Source: Jimgerdemannia flammicorona (taxonomy: Eukaryota). From it: DNA of 35,074 nucleotides. Made by a program: the position numbers and the translations under genes. The stretch covers positions 1-35,074 of the forward strand of contig RBNJ01000262.1 in NCBI GenBank assembly GCA_003990765.1, written 5' to 3'. Under the pieces are notes generated by a model, which made no database searches, was not told where the DNA came from, and saw nothing but the letters and a program-made list of their open reading frames with translations. Numbering within the stretch: the stretch's first letter is position 1; the number at the start of each line of letters is the position of its first letter. This document shows positions 1 to 13,556 of the stretch, in pieces.

Positions 1-15
1 AAAAAAAAAAAAAAC

Positions 16-53
<38 letters not shown>
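1..53. repeat. poly-A homopolymer tract (one CC interruption)
   Basis: Direct read of the window start. Origin (retro-tail, microsatellite or assembly artefact) cannot be determined. Confidence 0.9.
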
Positions 54-57
<4 letters not shown>

Positions 58-1284
58 ATTGAAATAAAGCTACTAGCTGGGTTCAAACTCCTCTCAGTTG
101 GTTAGTCTAGTAATAAGCCCTCTGCTCTATATGAGGATGGCTAATCCCCACTAATATGCTGATACAAGTTTGAGAAATTTTGGTTAAGTATATCTAGTCT
201 TGTGTTATCTAAGAACTCAATAAGAATGTTGGTTCTTATAGAGAGAGGGGTATAATAATTTCACAGTTATATTTAGTCTTAGTATATTTTTGCATCTTTT
301 AGTTAGTCTTTTCTTATTATTTATTGAATATTCCACTATGTTCTACCACCTTCTACTTGCTTAGAAACCTTTTCTTAGTACCCAGATATATACTATTAGA
401 ATATTCTCATCTTTTCTTGGCACTAAGTATCTTATCTTAGCTAGTTATGGAACCTTTCAGAATATTGTAGAATAGTATTAGTCAGCTTTACTAAGAACTT
501 ATTTCTTGGCATTTCTCTTTTTTTTTAAGATTCTTCCAGATCTTTCTTTCAGATTATATAAATATCCTTATTCTCTACCTAAATAAAGCTCAGAATATTT
601 TCTCTCAGAAATCCTTTGAGAATACTTGAACCTTTAAGTATCTCTTTAAGCTACTTTAGGCTAACTAGAACCATTATAGTTATAGTTATCTAAAGTAGTA
701 TAACTATATATAAATATATCCAGTATATCATATTTAGTTATAGTCTTTGAATATATATAAATACTTTCTACTGAGTATATTGTAATCTCAGCTTCACTTT
801 CTGCAAATATAAGAATTCTTATCACAAACTCTCAGATCTGACTTATTAATAATTCTGAGTTTAATTAACTTAGAATATAAGTATAGTTATTCCTATATCT
901 GAACTCTGCTGCAATAAACAATTAGAACTCAGTACTTTCTCAAGAACTTAGAACTTAGGGCTAATAGTCACTATTGATTATTCATAATATATTAATTCTA
1001 TTAGTATATTATTTTATTATATTATATAATATAAACTAAGAGATAGAATAACTTAGGGTCTGTTCAGTTGTATTAGTTTAGAAAATAATACCTGTATTTC
1101 AAGATAATGTTATTTTTGAATATTATGGCAAAATTATGATATATTCAGTACAACATTACCATTAGAATACAATATCATGCAAAATTACATATAACTTCTT
1201 ATTTTGAAATATAGGTCCAAATCTGTATTTTGACTGTTATTTCTACTACCTCTACTACCTCTTGTTATATTTATCTTTGTCCCT

Positions 1285-2390
1285 ATGAACCCATTATCTC
1301 TATAAACCCCACTACCCCTGTTAAAGAAAACTCTAAAGGAAAGAAGAAGGCACTGCACCTCTAATAGGACTTAATAATGGAAAACTATCTGATATTCCAG
1401 CTGCTTGATATAGTTTAATATGAAAAAAAAAACTAAAAATAGTTTCAAGCCAGAGACATGGGTCTTGATAGCTAAAAAATACTTAGAACACTTTGACTAA
1501 TTGATCAATATCAGCCAGATCAAGTCAAAGTTTCACCAGTCATTTAAGTCAGACTATGACACATTCAACCACTTAAAGAACAGAAGTAGGTTTGGTTGAA
1601 ATAAGGAGATACAAACAGTGGAGACTCCTTCAAAAGTATGAGATGATTACTTAAAGGTACAAATACTCATTATTCAGGCTTTCTGCAAGCTGGATATCAC
1701 CTTTTCTAATTTTTTCTATGTTTACAGAAGTACCCCTAGGCAAAAAAGTTCCAGAATAGGACCTTTTCTCAGTACAATAACTTTAATGAGCTATTTGGGA
1801 CAATAGGGACAACTGGCCATTACACTACTATACAAGGCCAGGCCATGTAGTATCACACTCAGACTAAGATGCCTTCTGAAGATGAAGATGAGCACCAATT
1901 ATCAATCTCCTCTCAAACCTCTTCCAATACTAATAAGTATCAAATTTGAAATGAGATGCTCTTCAAAGATAAAGATGAGCTTCAAGATATCTCTCAAAAC
2001 ATCTCCAATATCAATAAACCTTTCTCTATCACCACTTTCTCTACCACTACTTTCTCTTACAACACTACTCTCTTCTGCAATACTACTTCCAAAAAACATA
2101 AGTGAACTAACCCTAACTTGACAATTACCTCTGCCATTGACCAGCTGACTGATATTGCAAAGGCACTACTGCTGACAAGTCCCAGTATCCATTGAGATAC
2201 CATTCTTGCTCTCTATAAAGAATATAGTAATATATTAAATAGTATGGACATGGCTAAAACTTATAGTATTATGAAGTCTAAAGTAAATACGATGATATTC
2301 TGTATAATATCTACTAGAGAGGCATACAATATTTGGTTGAAAGAGGAGATTAACAATATAAATAAAGATACTTTGGGATAATTACAATAG
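1285..2390 (+). pseudogene. Harbinger Myb/SANT-like DNA-binding protein, disrupted
   Basis: Manual translation gives SFKPETWVLIA...QIKSKFHQSFKSDYDTFNHLKNRSRFG*NKEIQTVETPSKV*DDYLK | intron GTACAA..TTTACAG ~1657-1727 | KYPRAKKFQNRTFSQYNNFNELFGTIGTTG. This matches the Myb/SANT-like pattern of PIF ORF1. Many stops; end coordinate approximate. Confidence 0.75.
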
Positions 2391-2449
2391 TTATGCATGT
2401 GATTTAATAAAAAAGTACAATCAATGTAACATATCTATCATTGTCAGTA

Positions 2450-4140
2450 TTGTTGATAATTTTCCCATATTTGATAGGCAATTTTATCTCACCATTCACT
2501 CACACTATCATCCTCTTCAACCCAATGTCCTTTTCTATTTTCATACTCCTCTAAGTCTCATGTAAATTCTTTCTAGAAGAACATATCATCCTGGTTGTTT
2601 TATTGTATGATAAAGTTATGTAAGCAAGCCAATATATGTAGGAGGTCTGCTTATATTTCCAGTAAATATATGATCTGTATGTTTAAGATCGGAAAGTGGT
2701 ATTTTAGTACCTCAAAGGTCTGCTCTACCACATTTCTCAGGCTTATATGTCTGAGGTTAAAGAGCTCCTCTTTTATTTGTAGCTACAAATTAGCAGTTGC
2801 CTAGTAAAAAATAAAAAAAATAAAATAAAATTAAACTTCTGATAGTCTGTCCTCTGCCCTCTCTTGAAGCAAATACTTCTCTGTTCACAAAGGTAGTATC
2901 AAATGCATCAGTAGGGAGTAAGGACTTGATACAACAGTCTATAGCTAGTATCTCCCAAATAGAACCTGCTTTTCAGAATAAAAAGGTCTTTGCTGAGCAT
3001 ATCTTTAAGGACTCACCCATTATATGTAGAACTCTCTCAGCTGCTCAGAATATAAGAAAATATCATATCGAAATTACAGACTACCAGTATATTCTGTGAA
3101 ATGAACCCCTTTCTGTTCCTGTATGCTATAACTAGTGCTTCCAATGAATCGAATCAAGGGTCCAATTCGATTCGATTCAAATTGAATCAAAGGTCCAATT
3201 CGATTTGAAGTTTGATTTGAACCTTAATTTTCAAAATGTAATAACTCGACGAAAACTCATCCAAATTTAACATATTTTAGCTTGGTAGATTCACCATATT
3301 AATGTGATTCTAACAAGCTAAAGTATGTTAGATTTGGATGAGTTTATGCTGAGTTATTGCATTTTGAAAATTAGGGTTTGAATCAGACCCTCAATTTAAT
3401 TTGACTTTTGATTCAATTTGAATTGATTCAAATTGAAAAATCTCCAATTCGATTCAACTTGTTTAACCCTCAATTCGATTCAATTCGAATTGATTTGACT
3501 TGTTTAGGAGCACTAGCTGTAACTAAGTTGATAGGTACCAAAGTGGAAATGTGGAAACTATTGAGTATACCAATGCAGTTCTTGAAGTAAGGAAAAAACT
3601 TTGAGTTTTTCCTCACTTTGGGAGGCCAGCTGTTTGAATGTGGTAGACATATAAAGTCAGGAGTAAGGCACACCAATACCTTGAGAACTAAGTGGAAGAT
3701 TATGCTGATCGTATCCCCACTGTGTTGGAAGCACTCCATCATCTGTCTGTTGGACATGTTGTGTCTGACAACCCAAAGGAAGATCATAACCTGTTCAGCA
3801 ATACTGATGATCTGACACTTCTTAAGGAGTCCACAGATCTTCAGAAGATAATATAGATACTGAAATGTGGCAAGAAGCATCTGCAAAATACTATCAATGC
3901 ATTATGCATTTCTCATCAGCAACTTCTCTATGTAGTAAGTACCTAATAATAGTGTGTTAATTGGTAAGTTTTTTTATTAAAAATAGCAACTTAAAAAATA
4001 AAGAGTACTTGATAGAGGAGACATATTATATGACTGCTTTCTATATAGTAGCAGTGCATACTCAGCAGCAATGTGGGCAAGAAGCATAAGGAAATGTGGT
4101 GAGTGAATGAGTTTACAAAGGCTAGGTTGGATGTCATGGA
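2450..4140 (-). pseudogene. Harbinger/PIF DDE transposase, disrupted and interrupted by a MITE
   Basis: FQHSGDTIS...FFPYFKNCIGILNSFHI (degenerate CIGALDGTHI), YRNRKG..SQNIL, FYLGDTSY..LTPY, ELFNLRHISLRNVVEQTFEVLK..FPIL, LHNFI. Boundaries approximate. Confidence 0.85.
3133..3515. mobile_element. hAT-type non-autonomous foldback element (MITE) nested in the Harbinger transposase
   Basis: Termini TAGTGCT...AGCACTA; 8-bp TSD GCTATAAC (3125-3132) / GCTGTAAC (3516-3523); subterminal ATTCG/ATTTG repeats; internal ~150-bp palindrome. Removing it rejoins transposase NLVTA-YRNRKG. Confidence 0.85.
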
Positions 4141-4556
4141 GGATAGCAGTAAATTGCTATAAAAGAGGTAGCAGCACATTTGGAAAAGACATAGCAGCAA
4201 GGTTGTGGCTGATTCAAAATAACATCATAATTTTATTATTAGTATTTGGTAACAGCATGATCTTTTGAGTGTTAGAATTATTTTGATTCAGAAATAATTC
4301 TCATACTATATAATTCAAAATAATGTTATTTTGAACCAAACAGGTCCTTAATAATATAGAAATTTTTAATAATTTTTAAATAAAATTATTTAGTTATCAA
4401 TCAATAGTATTTTGAGTTATAAGTATATAAAGAATCTGAACTTTATTTTCCTCTAATGCATTAATGGTGGGGTAATTATAAAGCGTGAGGTGTCATGTGA
4501 CAACGTGACGATTTGGTAATCCCTGTTTACTTCCCCCCTTGACTTTGAGAATAACC

Positions 4557-6559
4557 ATGCCGAAACAACCCCACAAACATCCTTTGTTACCAAACTACAC
4601 CTTCTCCCTATCCATCCTTCTTCTCTGCCTTCTTCCCCCACTCATATTTACTTCCCCAGCACCCGCGAACCCCCAAACCGCCCTCATACCTCCGACTCCG
4701 ATCCTACGCGAAGGCGACCGCAGGACCTTCCATCTTAAGCACATCTACCACCGTGGCAGCTCCAGTGGCCCATTCTCCAGTCTCTTCCGTCGCCTCGATT
4801 TTACCCCCTCACAGCTCGCCACGCAGCACCGCTTGTCCCCGCACGAGGAGACGAGCTATGCGATTGGTATGCAGTTTGGTAGCACGTTCAAGCCACCCGT
4901 CGGGTACACGCAGGATATGCGTCGTGCCAGGACAAACGGCGAGATGAGTTCCCTCTGCAGGACCATGGGCGCTTACGAGGAAGGATATGGCTTGGTGCCA
5001 GACACGACCGACAATGAGACCATCGTTGGACTGGCCAAGATGTGCTACAACGCATACAACGACGCGAACAAGAGGGATGATTGGTACGATCTGGGAGAGA
5101 AATGGGGTGTGGTGAGTCTTTGTTTCTTGTGGCTTCTATGTTTTGGAGGCGATCAATCAATTGCGGCTGATAACAAGCGTCTTGGCATTTCCCCCAAAAT
5201 TACTTACGCACCTCCTACTTTTGCCTGCGGCCAATAGAACGTCTCCTTTGGATGGGAAACCAACGGTCTCCGCGGTCATATCTTTGGCGACGATGAAAAC
5301 ACCACCTTGATCTTGGCGATCAAGGGCACCAGCGCCGGCATCTTTGGCGGAGGAGACACGGGCAGCAACGATAAGCTTAATGTGAGTTTTGACGAGATGC
5401 CATGGCTATTGTGTAGGCAGTATTATCGGTTTTGTTGGCGAGGTTCCGGCGACTGGATCTCTCCCAGTCTGGGATTTTGCAGACCTCTATTACTCGTAAA
5501 TTTCTCTCGAACATACCCGACGATATCTCCCACCCGGCCACATAGGACAACCTCCTCTGGTCGTGCTGCTGCGCGCGCGTCGACCGGACTTGGCAGCCCG
5601 TCTGCGGTTGTTATATGGGCGACGACTACAAGTGCAACGGGACCTGCGTAGAGGAAAGCCTGGCCGGCGAGGAGTTGTATTATGCAGTGGCTATGGTTTG
5701 TTGAATGATTACCATGACTTCGTTTGTTGCGTTGTCTTTTATGTCTTTATTCCCAAGTATCTCCTGTTAGTCGGCGGACCTCTTACGTCAAGAAGGAAAC
5801 GGTGGCAGCCGATCTGACGGTTGGAAATGCGCGAATAAGTTTCGCCTCTCGCCCACATCGACTCGTTTACATTGACTAGCCCTCCAACCCCCCCTCCAAA
5901 CACAAAAAAAAAAAAAAAAAAAAAAAAAACCAACTCCACCCGAAACATAGCAAATCTACTTTGAGGTCGCCGACGCCTACCCGAACGCAGAGATATGGTT
6001 GACAGGCCACTCTCTCGGTGGGTCATTGGCCTCTCTTCTGGGCCTCACGTTTGGCTTGCCCACCGTCACATTCGAGGATCCCGGGGATCGCCTCGCCGCT
6101 CGAAGGCTCCACCTCCCTGGTCCGCCTGCGCTCAACTACGCGAAAATCCCCATGTGGCATATTGGGAATACGGCCGACCCAATATTTATGGGCGTGTGTA
6201 CGGTGGGTTTTGGAGGGTGACGATTGGAGATGAATTGGGAGGACATGCGCATCGTGCTTTTCGCAAAATGATTTCACCCCAATCACACCATCTCCCCTTC
6301 TCAGGGCCCTTTGAGTAGCTGTTGGTACGGCGGGTTCGCGGTCGAGTCACGGTGTCACACGGGCCGCACATGCATCTACGACGTGGTCAACCAGTCCGGT
6401 TGGAAGATGGACATTCGCTCACACCGTATCGGTGACGTCATTGAGAAGATCCTCACAAAGTGGGAAGGCGTCCCAGACTGCTTCGAAGAGCAACAATGCG
6501 ACGACTGCGACATGTGGGAATTTGAAAAGTTACAGAGAAAGTCTGGGTGTCCGGCGTGA
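4557..6559 (+). CDS. ATG15: Autophagy-related lipase Atg15-like (alpha/beta hydrolase, Lipase_3 type), ~451 aa; exons 4557-5111, 5238-5381, 5546-5695, 5951-6202, 6305-6559
   Basis: GT-AG introns restore a continuous frame with an N-terminal hydrophobic anchor and motifs [54 protein letters not shown] (GxSxG), [19 protein letters not shown] and IRSHRI. Confidence 0.93.
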
Positions 6560-9500
6560 GGTGGGGGGAAATTTTATTGAATGGGTTACTGGTCATTTGA
6601 TAGGTTGTTTCATTTCAATTTATTTATTTTTTTGTACTTGTACGTGCTCGTCCAGCTTTTTCGCCAGAGTCGTTGCGTTTCTTCTCTTGATCGAACACCT
6701 CTTTCCCCACACCTCCCTCCAACGGCAGCAAACCTCCATCACTATGGATCCCTCGACCCCTTATATAAACATTGTGTCAGCTGCGCCTATGTGTTCCTCC
6801 ATAGCTTCTTTTCTTCTTTATGTACATATGTTAACAATGACAGGATGTTCATCGTTCTTGACGCTCCTGGTTTTATTTTATTTTATTTTATTTTATTGGG
6901 AGATCGGTCGATATGGTCGTTGGACATTTCCGTCGGGATTTGCTGTTGGCGGGAACCTCGGTGAGGGAACGACGAGCAGCATGGAATGGGTTCCACTCTT
7001 CTATCCAGCAAATGTTAATCAAATAAGCAAATTAAACAGATTGGATCCATCTGAACATGGATGTGTCTGCATCGTCTCTTCAAGATTCATCTTAATTCAA
7101 TAAAAGACAAGCCGCTTCTCCCACTGTGCGGGTACGGCTGATTGTGGGTGTCGACAGTGGATGTTTATCGATTGCGCTTCCCGAAGACATGAAAAAAAGT
7201 CGAGGTTGTCGGCTAGGGTGCCGGCTCACCAGATTTACCGTCAGTAACACTTTCTGCCGAACTTTGATAAGCCCGCTCGCCGCATAACATTTTCTGGAAA
7301 AATCGAGTTTCACTAGTCCTAGACCGATTTATGCGTGCTGGGCTACATTTCAGATTCTGAAACGATCGGGTTGACGATATACAGCAGTGAAACTTGGATG
7401 GCACGCGCGTAGGAAAGCCAACGATTGGGTGGGTTCCTTGTGCGCACGAATTGAAACCGGCGTTGCGGATGTGGCGCTGCTGCTGAGCCTTGATTGTCGT
7501 GCCACCTTGCCCCGCGGGCTATCACCATCTCAGAGGGACCCCCAAAGCCGCGCCTCATACCCCTCGGTTGCTTTGTTCTTCTCGATAGCCTGCCTGGAAC
7601 AGCGATGTTATTGATGTCTTAATGTGGCCGTTTTCAATGGCTGGCTTCCTCAATTTGGGAAGACGAAATCTTTAGGGTGAAGCGAGGGGTTCGATCGAGT
7701 AGATGATTTTGGTCTCGCTTTGCTTTCTTTTAGCACGGTTGAAGCTCATAGCCAAGAATATAGTGCCCTTTATTTTATTATTATTATTTTCCTATGGAAA
7801 ACCTAAGAGTTTGTTTTACGTGGTCATAATAATAAGCTGAAAAAAAAAAAAAAAAAAAAGGAGGGAGGGAGGTCATTCTGGCTTGAGAATTTTCCTCGTA
7901 TGCGTGTGGTGATTGTTTGATTCAAACCTACACTCACATCTCTGAAACGAGGTTAGAGTTAAGCTTCACACTGTTCAGCAGAATATTTATCAAGCACGCT
8001 TGATTCCTTATTTCAGATCAAGGCCGCCATTTGCTAGCCACTGCGACTAATCCTTCTTCCGAGATGAAAGAAGCGAACGGGATCGGCTTACGATAGGTGA
8101 TAGGCACGCTTCGGAGAGTTAGCTAATCCTACTTGTCAGCTGACTTGACATCAGCACGTGAACGCGCGCTGCTTTACTATTTGTGACTGACGGCCCGACT
8201 GGTAAGTCCCTCGATTATGCCCATCCGTCGATACATGAGACGGAGGTGACGTTAGGGGATCTTTGTTTTCCTTCGTTCCGGCACTGCTGGGAATAGCGCA
8301 CGTCCACGGGGATTTGGTTTGTCAGGGGAATCAGAAGCATACAGACACTCTATCGCGGATTCATCATGGCACGGTCTTGCCCCTCACTGAAGATCATGAC
8401 CCAGATAAATTCGGACCCAGTAATGTGAGCATTCCTATGCCCCCAAGGATGACTCTCTTATGAACATTCCAATAGAGTCGCCAAACTCCGCAAATAGATT
8501 ATCATTTCCAGCCTGCTGGAATTTCGAGGGACAAATCGTTCATGTCATCGAACAATGTTCTTTCTTTCTTTCTCAGATCTTTGTCTCGCCATTATTGGAT
8601 GGACTATCCCTTTCATTTCCGCGTTCACGGATGTAGCAAATTCCCTCGACGCGGAAATCGCCTATATTATATTCCGCAGGTCCGTCGAGAACAGATTACG
8701 TGGTCATAATCAAGCGCGCGAAAATTTGTCTTCTGAAAAAGAAAGATTCTCTCCACACCAATTTCGCGGAACGACTATCCGTTGACGTACTCGCTGACTC
8801 CCTAAAATCGATCCGTGGTTGGAACAAAAAAGCAGCGAATAGGCTTCATGCATAGCTCATCAAGTCATCAACTCACTTCCTTCGCACGTCTCAAGCACCA
8901 ATCAAATACACGAAAGGCTGGTACACGTGGAAGTGGCCCCAAGGGGATCAATAGCCGAGATCTGCGTTTCTGTGGATCGTTCTCTGGCGGATCAACGAAA
9001 GGCCGTGAGAGAAGCTGATGATCTTTTCGAATGGCGTACGTGGGGTAGCGGGGGGGGGGGAATGGCTTTCGTGCTATGGTGCAGCTAACGGATGTCAGCA
9101 ATACTATTATAAAATTTATACAGTATTATAAATTTATATAGTGATCTCCTTTTTAAGAGTGGTCAAAATTTGGCGGAACAATAAAAAGTGCGTTCATAGA
9201 ATTATAACAAATCCATCAAACAATATTTCTATGATTTTATTTTTTGAATATCTTTTTCCTCATCACGTTCTATTCCTTCAAAATTTATGTAACTTTTGTG
9301 AGGTCGTACTATATACACGTGGGATCGGCGGGGGTTTTTCTGTGGATCATTCTCGTCGTTCCATTCTCGTGACCCTTCGAGCGGTGCATGCGGAACCGTC
9401 TGTCATCTCTGTGCATCAATTCCTGTTTGATGGAATAATCTTTAAGTGGCGGCCCGTGCGTTTGGAAAGTCTTTTCTTTCTTTCCCTTTAGTCTTTCCTC

Positions 9501-10116
9501 TTTTCCCTTTTCCCTTTCCATTCGTCATTTTCGGGGATTCTTCATTTTTCTCGATGTGGAGGGAAAAACATTTTTTTACGCGATCATTATTTTTAGAAAC
9601 GTTCTGCCGTCGCTAATTGGTTTATCCCCAACTGACTGACATCAGCGTGCACTGCGAACGTTGGTCCGTGTGAAGGGGGGACCTTCTTGCGTGAGCTGGG
9701 AGTTTCAGATAATGAGAGCCATTATGAAATTCCCGAGATTTCGAACGGTCGGTCCCGTGACACGCCGAACCACTCGATGTTCGATCCGTACAAGATTTAA
9801 GGTTTTCTCTATCGGGACAGCCAGCTACATATCCGTCCAAAATCTTGGTTTAATTGTTTTTGTAATTTCCGGGTACGATGAACGCAAATAGCTCATAACC
9901 ACAAACAGGGTCATAATCGATCAGCTGCGCTATAAGTCTTACACAAGATCACCATCGCAGGGTCGGCACAAGGTGAAATAGTTACATAGCTACTTATCAG
10001 TGTTTATAGTTCGTATGTATGTACACGCTACCCTCTCGCTCGCGAGCCGTAACATGAAGATATAAACGTAAAAAAAAAAAAAACATGGTGAATTCACAGG
10101 AAACATGGCGCCAAGC

Positions 10117-10778
10117 TCAGGACCCAATAGGCTGGTTATCACTGTCGTCATTCGTGCGGCTAAGCTTTTCATTCGCGGGGCTGTACTCCAGAGGATTGGT
10201 ATCCTGAAGTCAGGGGAGAAGGAGAAGTTGACCATAATCGGAAGTACGAGTGTGCGGAATCGGCGAGAATTCTCAGTAAGTCGATCGATCTGGTTGTCGC
10301 ACGTATGACTATCGGTGGCTGATCCCATTTTTTTTTTTTTTTTTTTTGTTTTTTTTACAAGGATGGAAATTATCGCGCGTAATTTCTGCGTACCTGGGTG
10401 TCCTCAATTCTGCCTTGGGATCCGTGGTGGCGGGATCGAACGCGGTTGGACTCTTCTCCACGTCCTCGACCGTTCCGGACAGTGTAGAGGTGCTGCCGTA
10501 CGGCGTATCGGCTTTCTTGCCGTCGGCGGTAGAGGCAGGTTCGCTAGAATTGACGGCATTCGACGTGGAACGAGTGTGGGTTTTACGGGTCTTCTCGGTA
10601 ACGGTGGTCATAGTGTTGAGGGTGGCAACAAACACTCCCGAATGTCGAACGGTCAGAAATGATCGCGTGGCTGGTTGCGGAACAGCCATGTTGGAGGGCA
10701 GTGCTGCATCCAGGACCGTTATGTTTGGGTTTGGGGATTCTTGATGCAGCGGGCGAGGCGGAGGGCGTTACGGTGCAT
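10117..10778 (-). CDS. Small conserved-hypothetical fungal protein, possibly mitochondrial; apparent frameshifts
   Basis: ATG 10778 gives an Arg-rich start MHRNALRLARCIKNP. The ORF 10689-10394 ends SGTVEDVEKSPTAFDPATTDPKAE. After an intron GTACGC(10393)..TTCAG(10204), the last exon reads DTNPLEYSPANEKLSRTNDDSDNQPIGS*. The AFDP..T.P..E / NPLE.SPAN pair is recalled from an uncharacterised fungal family. Two frame corrections are needed to join the parts. Confidence 0.5.
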
Positions 10779-11267
10779 TGTGTGTTTGTTTTTTTTGGGG
10801 GGGTGAGGGGTGAATTGGATTTGTCGTTTAAGGGGGGTTGAATCGGAGAAGATCCAAGTTGAGATTTATGGGATGGAAATTACGCCCAGGACTTGCCGTG
10901 TTAGTGCAGGCGGGCGGGCGTAGATGCAGGCATGTGACGGAGCTCGCTCCGGCCTAGCCACCTTTTTCGGGAGGCAGCTGCACCCGCAGGGCCCAGAAAG
11001 GCCAGGACTGCCCGTGGTGGCGCGACCGGCACGCCACGAGAAGGCTTCGACGCATAGGCACAGGGTATTAGGTAGGCCAAGAATATCTTGTGTCATATAT
11101 TAAAAGAGCAAGGGCTATGGGAGCTATTTTTATAAACAGCGTCGTGGGTGACTGCCCAATCCTCGACCCCTTTATGAACGAGCAACAAGAAAACAAAAGC
11201 TCTCCCCCGCTAGACCCACCCCATCCCATCCCTATCGACATACCATCACCGCCCACCCACAACCATA

Positions 11268-12975
11268 ATGCTCAACGAGCTACCAGGACAACCCTCCTTT
11301 CTTTCCCCACTCTACACTCCGCGTCCCTCGGACGGCACGGTCCGACGCCCCCCCCGTGTCTCGCCAAAGTTGTTCGACGACGACACCGACACCACCTTCC
11401 GCCGGCGGCGAGACGACGACGACGACGACGACGCGCTTCAGATCATGACCCTCGGCAAGTCCGGCGAAGGCAAGAGCAGCCTGCTGAACGCGATCCTTGG
11501 TGACGACGCATTTCAGGCCAAGATATCTGTATCGGTAAGTAATAGTCCATACCTCATGAACACGGGCTGCGGCATATCTGATGCCGAATAAAATATATAC
11601 GTGTGTACAGTGCCCTTTCTGTCTTTCGCTCGATCCAGCTGAACCAAAATAAATCGCTTGTTTTATCCCCCACCACAGGAGGTGACGAAGGCTGTGGAGT
11701 CACACAGTGGCCGTTGGCTTGGACGACCGGAACATACAGCGGTCAAGTGCGTTGACACACCCACACTCGCCGGTCAGCTGGGCGACCGGGCGAGAGTGGC
11801 GCAGATCGGTAACCTTTTGGAGGCTTGTTTGAATGGTGTGGACGCGTTTCTAATTGTGACCAAAGTCACGCACTATCGGTAGGTACTTGCGTATTTTTGA
11901 ATTAGTATATATTATATTTATCGGAGAAGGGAGAAATTCCTTTTTACGGTTAATAAACAAGTATTTTTTATTTATAGCTTGAGCTGCTTTGAGGATTTGT
12001 TATTATTACTCACTCCAACGAATACTGTCTTGCATGTTTATTTATTAATCCTTCAGGTACGACTCCTCCATCCACGCAACCCTAAAAGTCTACGAGACGA
12101 TCCTCAACCCTTCTTTTTGGCAAAATGCGATCCTAGTGTTTTCCCACGCTGACCCAGAAACCGCCACCTCCTGGTCCGACTCACAACGTCACTTTGACGA
12201 CTTTGCCGCACAAATCGCCAAACAATTCAAGCTCACGACTCCCCCGCCTATCTGCTTCGCCTCGGACCGCCGCAGCTTTGGCAAGACTTCCGCAACGGCG
12301 GGCGGGATCGGCAACATGGGCGCACGGGGCGAGATCATCGTCCACGACGGCACACGGATATGCACGATAGAACCCCCAGCGCGTACGCTCTACGAGAGGA
12401 TCCGCGAGTTTCACACCCGCCCCTACTTCCCCACACATCTCACGCAGTACCTCCATCAGAATCCGCGCCGGACTGTCGCCGATTTCGCCGAGAGGCTCAT
12501 GACGGCTGTCGAGCAGCTCGACGAGTTCCGCGAAGTCGACCGCAGCGCTCATAAGAGATCCCTCTCGGCAGCTTTGTCGCCACGCCCCTCCCTATCTTCC
12601 CAGATCTACGGCATGGGCTCTAACCCTAGCATGGCGTCGTCCATTGCGTCGTTGTCCGGTGCGTCGTCCGGTGCGTCGTCCGCTACGTCGTCCGCTACGA
12701 CGTCTGTTATATCGTCCTCTGCAAAGTGCCGCGTGCCTTGGGAGGGCAGGAACAGGCCGAGAGCCGTTAGCGCAGAGTCGTCGCCTACCCCGTCAGAGAG
12801 TGGGAGCGATCATGGCGGTGGGGGAGGCAGCGGAAGAGTCACTATGACGGCTATGGCGGGGTTGCTGCAGTTGCCCAACAGGCTGAGGCGGAGTAGTTCC
12901 GCCGTTACGTTAAGGGCGAAGGGATTGAAGAGATCTAGTACGTACCTGCCGGCGTCGACGTCGGTCGGTGTGTAG
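11268..12975 (+). CDS. AIG1/GIMAP-like (TRAFAC septin/Toc-related) GTPase, copy 1, ~461 aa, with Ser-rich C-tail; exons 11268-11534, 11679-11878, 12057-12975
   Basis: P-loop LGKSGEGKSSLLNAILG, G2 EVT, G3-like VDTPT, conserved box NGVDAFLIV...R, G4 AILVFSHAD. Canonical GT-AG introns keep the frame. Confidence 0.85.
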
Positions 12976-13500
12976 CGGAAAATGATGGGTGTCGAGGGCG
13001 TGGGTGTGTTGATTTTCTGGATATGGCGCATCTCCGTTGTGTGGCGTAATACTTCACTTCCGATCGGTGGTTGCAATCTCTTTTGTATCCATATTTCTTT
13101 TTTTTTTTTTTTTTTTTTTTTTTTTGTGCAGCCACGATCGGAGGGATGGCCACAACGGGACGGGTAAAATCTTTCCCCTCCCGACCATTTCTCGCTCACA
13201 CGTTGTGTGCTCAAGTGAGAAATGGATGCAGTATGTAATATATAGATAGTAGGGAGAAACCCGAGGAGGACGACATACGTGACCCGCCAAATCGGTCACT
13301 AGCATGGTTACCCTTATTTTAGTACCTGCGGGTGTTACCGACAGGTGGGTTCTGTATCGTTTTTGTATGTCGTCGGTCCATACATAGCTGGGCGGGCCCA
13401 TAGGTGGGCGGGGTTAGGGGAGGGGTAGGTGGGGTGGGGTGGGTGGATAGGTGAGGAAGAAATGTTCAATGTGATTGTAGGTAATAATGTAATTTTCGGT

Positions 13501-13556
13501 TCGATGGGCTCGATGGGCTCGATGGGCTCGATGGGCTCGATGGGCTCGATGGGCTC
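13501..13556. repeat. Perfect 9-bp tandem repeat (TCGATGGGC)x6
   Basis: Directly visible, ~200 bp upstream of the second GTPase ATG. Confidence 0.95.

Larger units (their letters stand above)
1056..4347. mobile_element. Decayed full-length PIF/Harbinger DNA transposon
   Basis: TTA target duplication at 1053-1055 and 4348-4350. TIRs GGGTCTGTTCAGTT (1056) vs reverse complement of the right end GGACCTGTTTGGTT match 10/14, all mismatches transitions. Contains convergent Myb/SANT-like and DDE transposase remnants. Confidence 0.85.

Noticed and set aside
54..1050. Possible LTR or other TE remnant at the window start
   Set aside because: AT-rich and decayed; no termini, TSD or protein motif could be supported.
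6560..10100. Numerous 60-220 aa ORFs between ATG15 and the next gene
   Set aside because: No recognisable domains, consistent splice structure or codon pattern; treated as UTR/intergenic, though a small gene or ncRNA cannot be excluded.
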